DNA of 64,000 nt from Dehalococcoidia bacterium (GTDB taxonomy: Bacteria; Chloroflexota; Dehalococcoidia; SM23-28-2; RBG-16-64-32). The notes beneath the pieces are model-generated. The model did no database searches. It saw nothing but the letters and a program-made list of their open reading frames with translations, and was not told the origin of the DNA. The stretch covers positions 352,001 through 416,000 of the forward strand of contig CAXXTF010000001.1 of assembly GCA_963665775.2 (NCBI GenBank), in the 5' to 3' direction. Shown one piece after another: positions 60,397-64,000 of the stretch; positions within the stretch are counted from its first letter, which is position 1, and each line of letters begins with the position of its first letter. A program made the translations under genes and the position numbers.

Positions 60397-62217
60397 ATGG
60401 CGTACAAACCGATAGGCGATTACGGTGTCATAGGGGATATGCACTCCGCCGCCCTCGTCGGCAGCGATGGCTCCATCGACTGGCTCTGCTTCCCCCGTTT
60501 CGACTCAGCCAGCGTTTTCGCCGCCGTCCTCGACGACCACAAGGGGGGGCGCTTCCGCATATCGCCCAGGGGTGAGTACCGGCGCGACCATCAGTATCTC
60601 CCGGACAGCAATATCCTCGTCACTGACTTCAGCACCGACTCCGGTGCGGTCAGCCTCACCGACTTCATGTCCATCTATGACGACGTCTCCCGCTGCGAGC
60701 ACGAGCTGGTACGCATAGTCCGCTGCCACAGCGGCAGCGTCGATCTGGAGGTGGTGTTCGAGCCGCGCCTGGACTACGCGCGCGACCAGACTCAGGTGGC
60801 GGTCGAGGGCCGCCTGGCTCTAGCCCGTCAGGGAGGCGATTCCCTCTCCCTGTCGGCTAGTGTATCGCTGAGCGCTGCGGACGGCGCCGCGCATGGTCGA
60901 TTCACCCTGCGTGAGGGCCAGTGGACCGCCTTCCTCCTGCGCTGGAACGATGACTCCCCGCCTAACATCGAGGATTGTGATGTCTACGGCAAGCTGGGCA
61001 AGACCGAGGCGTTCTGGCGCTTCGTTACCCACGACTGGCGTTACCTGGGCCGCTGGGAAGAGATGGTAAGGCGCTCCATGCTCGCCCTCCACCTCCTCCT
61101 CTACGTGCCGACGGGCGCCGTGTGCGCCGCCGTCACCACCTCCCTGCCTGAGCGCATTGGCGGCGAGCGCAACTGGGACTATCGATTCTCCTGGCTGCGG
61201 GATGCCGCCTTCACCATGGACATCTTCCATCGACTCGGGCACACCACCTACACGCGTCCCTTCATCGAGTGGCTGGCCAGCCAGGCTCTGGGCTCTAACG
61301 GCGAGGAGCTGCACGCCCTGTATGGCATCGGGCGCGAGGCGGACCCCCACGGTATGGTGGAGCATACGCTCGAGCATCTGGAAGGCTACCGTGGCTCACG
61401 GCCTGTCCGGCTGGGCAACGCCGCCTTCCACCAGCTCCAGATCGATCTCTTCGGCGAGGTGCTCCTCTCCTTCGATTCCTACCACCGGGCCGGAGGCATC
61501 ATCGACGGGCAGATGTGGAGGCTGCTGGAGTCCATGGTGGAGTCGGCCATAGACAAATGGCAGCGCCCTGACAACGGTATCTGGGAGTTCCGCACGGAAC
61601 CCAGGCACTTCGTCTACTCCAAGCTGATGGCCTGGGTAGCGGTAGACAGGGGTCTTCGCCTGGCCCGCGCCCTCAAACAGCCCGTGGAGTTCGGACGCTG
61701 GCGACAGGCCCGCAGCGCCATCAGGGAGGAGATCCTCACGAATGGCTGGAACCCTCAGCGGGGCGCCTTTGTTCAGCATTATGGGAGCGCCAACCTGGAT
61801 GCCAGCGTCCTCTTCATGCCGATGGTGGGCTTCCTTTCCGCCCAAGACCCTCGGATGAGCGCCACCAGCGACCTCATACAGAAGGAGCTGGCTGTAGATG
61901 GGCTTCTGCGGCGCTACATCCCCCAGGAGGCGCTGGACGGGATGCCGGGGGGTGAAGGGGCGTTCACCGTGTGCAGCCTCTGGCTGGCCGGCAGCCTCAT
62001 CACCGCCGATCGCATCGATGAGGCGCAGGCGCTGTTCGAGAGGGTGCTGAGCCTGCGCAACCGGGTTGGCCTCTTCTCCGAGATGATCGATCCGACTACC
62101 GGCGAGTACCTGGGGAACTACCCGCAGGCCTTCACGCACATCGCCCTGATCCACACGGCCCGCAACCTGGATCGGGCGCTGAACAAGGTGAGCCTGGGGA
62201 AAGTGGTAGCGGCCTAG
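60397..62217 (+). CDS. Glycoside hydrolase family 15 (trehalase/glucoamylase-like)
   Basis: IGDYGVIGD, IDWLCFPRFDS, RNWDYRFSWLRD, GIWE, LFSE, GNYPQAFTH. Confidence 0.93.
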   Translation: MAYKPIGDYGVIGDMHSAALVGSDGSIDWLCFPRFDSASVFAAVLDDHKGGRFRISPRGEYRRDHQYLPDSNILVTDFSTDSGAVSLTDFMSIYDDVSRCEHELVRIVRCHSGSVDLEVVFEPRLDYARDQTQVAVEGRLALARQGGDSLSLSASVSLSAADGAAHGRFTLREGQWTAFLLRWNDDSPPNIEDCDVYGKLGKTEAFWRFVTHDWRYLGRWEEMVRRSMLALHLLLYVPTGAVCAAVTTSLPERIGGERNWDYRFSWLRDAAFTMDIFHRLGHTTYTRPFIEWLASQALGSNGEELHALYGIGREADPHGMVEHTLEHLEGYRGSRPVRLGNAAFHQLQIDLFGEVLLSFDSYHRAGGIIDGQMWRLLESMVESAIDKWQRPDNGIWEFRTEPRHFVYSKLMAWVAVDRGLRLARALKQPVEFGRWRQARSAIREEILTNGWNPQRGAFVQHYGSANLDASVLFMPMVGFLSAQDPRMSATSDLIQKELAVDGLLRRYIPQEALDGMPGGEGAFTVCSLWLAGSLITADRIDEAQALFERVLSLRNRVGLFSEMIDPTTGEYLGNYPQAFTHIALIHTARNLDRALNKVSLGKVVAA

Positions 62218-62239
62218 GGGGGCGCCTAGAGCGTAAACG

Positions 62240-62273
62240 GGAAGGGCCAGGCCCCGCGGGGCCTGGCCCTTCC
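62240..62273. terminator. Perfect palindrome between convergent GH15 and hsp20
   Basis: GGAAGGGCCAGGCCCCGCGGGGCCTGGCCCTTCC. Confidence 0.7.
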
Positions 62274-62301
62274 TCGCTGCCAGAGGGGCCTCTATCGGCG
62301 T

Positions 62302-62757
62302 TTACTTGGCAGACTCTAGCTCCTTTGCCTTGACCTTTATGGTCTTGGGGCGGACGTCTGCCGCCTTGGGCAGCGTTACCGTAAGCACGCCGTTCTCGAA
62401 TTCGGCCTCCGCGTGCTCCGGGTCCACCTTTGTGGGCAGAGGGATGGTTCGGTAGAAGTTACCGTAGCGAATCTCGTGTCGGTAGTAGCTCTCCTGCTCC
62501 GTCTTCTCGTCGAACTTCGCCTCGCCCTTGACCGTGAGGGCACGGCCGGAAATGGAGATCTCCACGTCGTCCGGCCGGACGCCCGGTAGGACGGCCCTTA
62601 CCACGACCGCTTCCTCGGTCTCGGACAGGTCGATCGGGAACACGACCTCTATCCCGCCCCGCCATAGGCGTGGGGTCGGGAAGCCGTCGAACACGCGGTC
62701 CCCAGAGCGTCGCAGGCCGAGTACCTCAGCGAAAGGATCCCAGCGGATCAGTGTCAT
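62302..62757 (-). CDS. Hsp20/alpha-crystallin small heat shock protein
   Basis: RWDPF, LPGV..DDVEI, YGNFYRTIPLP, AEFENGVLTVTLPK. Confidence 0.95.
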   Translation of the reverse strand: MTLIRWDPFAEVLGLRRSGDRVFDGFPTPRLWRGGIEVVFPIDLSETEEAVVVRAVLPGVRPDDVEISISGRALTVKGEAKFDEKTEQESYYRHEIRYGNFYRTIPLPTKVDPEHAEAEFENGVLTVTLPKAADVRPKTIKVKAKELESAK

Positions 62758-62818
62758 CGTTTTTCACCTCCTTCCTTGCCAGCTAGGTTGGTCGGGTTTT
62801 TTCCGACCTTCCGATGTC

Positions 62819-62916
62819 ATTGTATGCCGTGAAAGGAGCCATGTCAATAGAGTTGATAGCACTACTATCAATGTTCCTTCTAGTCGATTGACATTTCCCC
62901 TCCTTCGCGCTATGAT
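62819..62916. promoter_or_regulatory. Back-to-back sigma70 promoters with a HAIR-like inverted repeat between them
   Basis: Minus TTGACA(62847)-N17-TACAAT; plus TTGACA(62888)-N17-TATGAT; GTTGATA-N7-TATCAAT at 62852-62872. Confidence 0.75.
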
Positions 62917-62939
62917 CGTGATGTAGTTGGAGATACGTA

Positions 62940-63923
62940 ATGGCGAGCAGGGACTTCTACGAGATTCTCGGTATCCGGCGCGACGCCTCCGATAAGGAGC
63001 TCCGCCAGGCTTACCGTCGCCTCGCCCGCAAGCATCACCCTGACGTGAACCCCGGCGACAAGGCCGCCGAGGAGCGGTTCAAGGAGATCAACCGGGCCTA
63101 CGAGGTCCTCTCCGACGCCGAGAAGCGCGTCAAGTACGACCGTTACGGTGAACAGTGGGAGCAGGCCGAGGCGTTCGAGCGGGCCCGGCAGGCCGGCGGC
63201 GCCGGCGGCGTCCGGCGATCGTTCGACTTCGATCTCGGTGACCTGTTAGGGCGCAGCGGCGGTGGCATCTCCGACCTGTTCGGGCGGCGTCGCGGGCCCA
63301 TGCGCGGCCAGAACGTGGAGTACGCCACGGAGGTGACCCTGGAGGAGGCCTACCAGGGCGCCACCCGCATTCTCATGCTGCAATCGGAGGAGCCCTGTGG
63401 CACCTGTAGCGGCAGCGGTGAGGTGGCCGGTGCCACCTGCCACGTCTGTCAGGGCCAGGGCGCCCTCCTGCGGCCCAGGCGGCTGGAGGTGAAGGTGCCG
63501 CCCGGCGCCCGCGACGGCACCCGCGTCCGCATCGGGGGCGAGGGGCGCTTCGGGATGGGCGGCGGCCCCCGCGGCGACCTCTACGTCGTGGTCAGCGTGA
63601 GGCCTCACCCCCACTTCCAACGGCGTGGCGACGACCTGTATGTGGACATGGACGTGCCCCTCCTGGACGCCCTGCTGGGCGGCGAGTTGGAGGTGGAGAC
63701 GATCGCCGGCAAGCAGGTGGCCCTCAAGATACCGTCGCCGACCCAGAACGGCCGCGTCTTCCGGCTGGCCGGGCTGGGCATGCCGAAGCTGAGCGGCCGC
63801 GGCCAAGGCGCTCTCTTCGTGCGGGTGAGGGTGTCGCTGCCGGAGGAGCTGTCGGAGGAGGAGCGGGAGCTGTACGAGCGGGTAAAGGAGGCCGGGCGCA
63901 CCAAAAAGGTGGGAGCTGGATAA
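62940..63923 (+). CDS. DnaJ/CbpA-class J-domain chaperone with reduced Zn finger
   Basis: [21 protein letters not shown] and CHVCQGQG only, GDLYV, DnaJ C-terminal domain. Confidence 0.92.
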   Translation: MASRDFYEILGIRRDASDKELRQAYRRLARKHHPDVNPGDKAAEERFKEINRAYEVLSDAEKRVKYDRYGEQWEQAEAFERARQAGGAGGVRRSFDFDLGDLLGRSGGGISDLFGRRRGPMRGQNVEYATEVTLEEAYQGATRILMLQSEEPCGTCSGSGEVAGATCHVCQGQGALLRPRRLEVKVPPGARDGTRVRIGGEGRFGMGGGPRGDLYVVVSVRPHPHFQRRGDDLYVDMDVPLLDALLGGELEVETIAGKQVALKIPSPTQNGRVFRLAGLGMPKLSGRGQGALFVRVRVSLPEELSEEERELYERVKEAGRTKKVGAG

Positions 63924-64000
63924 TGGTTAACTTTGAGCGGATACCGGACGACGAGCCCTGCTACGTGATCAGCGTGGCGGCGCGGATGGTGGGGCTGCAC
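63923..64000 (+). CDS. hspR: MerR-family HspR-like regulator, 5' part (runs off window)
   Basis: [26 protein letters not shown]; start overlaps the dnaJ stop (TAATG). Confidence 0.75.
   Translation, partial: MVNFERIPDDEPCYVISVAARMVGLH

Overview
GC-rich bacterial chromosome segment that spans the replication origin. The dnaA-obgE-nadD-gyrB order and the protein sequences suggest Chloroflexota, probably Dehalococcoidia-related (inference, not a database result). From left to right: the end of gcvPB and an aminotransferase; a compact ~5 kb phage-derived structural module (major capsid gene with a 1-nt frameshift, spike-like, fibre-like with a stranded alternative C-terminus, adaptor-like and tail-like genes) with no integrase, terminase, portal or lysis genes and a LexA-like box in front; ruvB; a heterodimeric ABC exporter; rimI; a Zn-finger/LysM membrane protein; the tRNA(Thr-Tyr-Thr)-tuf-rpmG-secE-nusG-rplKAJL cluster; dnaA, oriC, obgE, nadD, gyrB; an acyl-CoA catabolic region (family III CoA-transferase pairs, crotonases, CoA ligase, atypical Rieske protein, FadF-like oxidoreductase, EtfBA); an orphan CbbQ/CbbO-type AAA+/vWA pair; a class B PBP; transporters; a repeat-bracketed DsbA/FrnE gene with an in-frame UGA (probable selenoprotein); SDRs; GH15; and a divergent hsp20 / dnaJ-hspR locus. 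The best candidate for an undescribed system is the apparently domesticated, GTA-like virion module at 1.7-6.7 kb. All family assignments come from motif recognition by eye; no searches were run.
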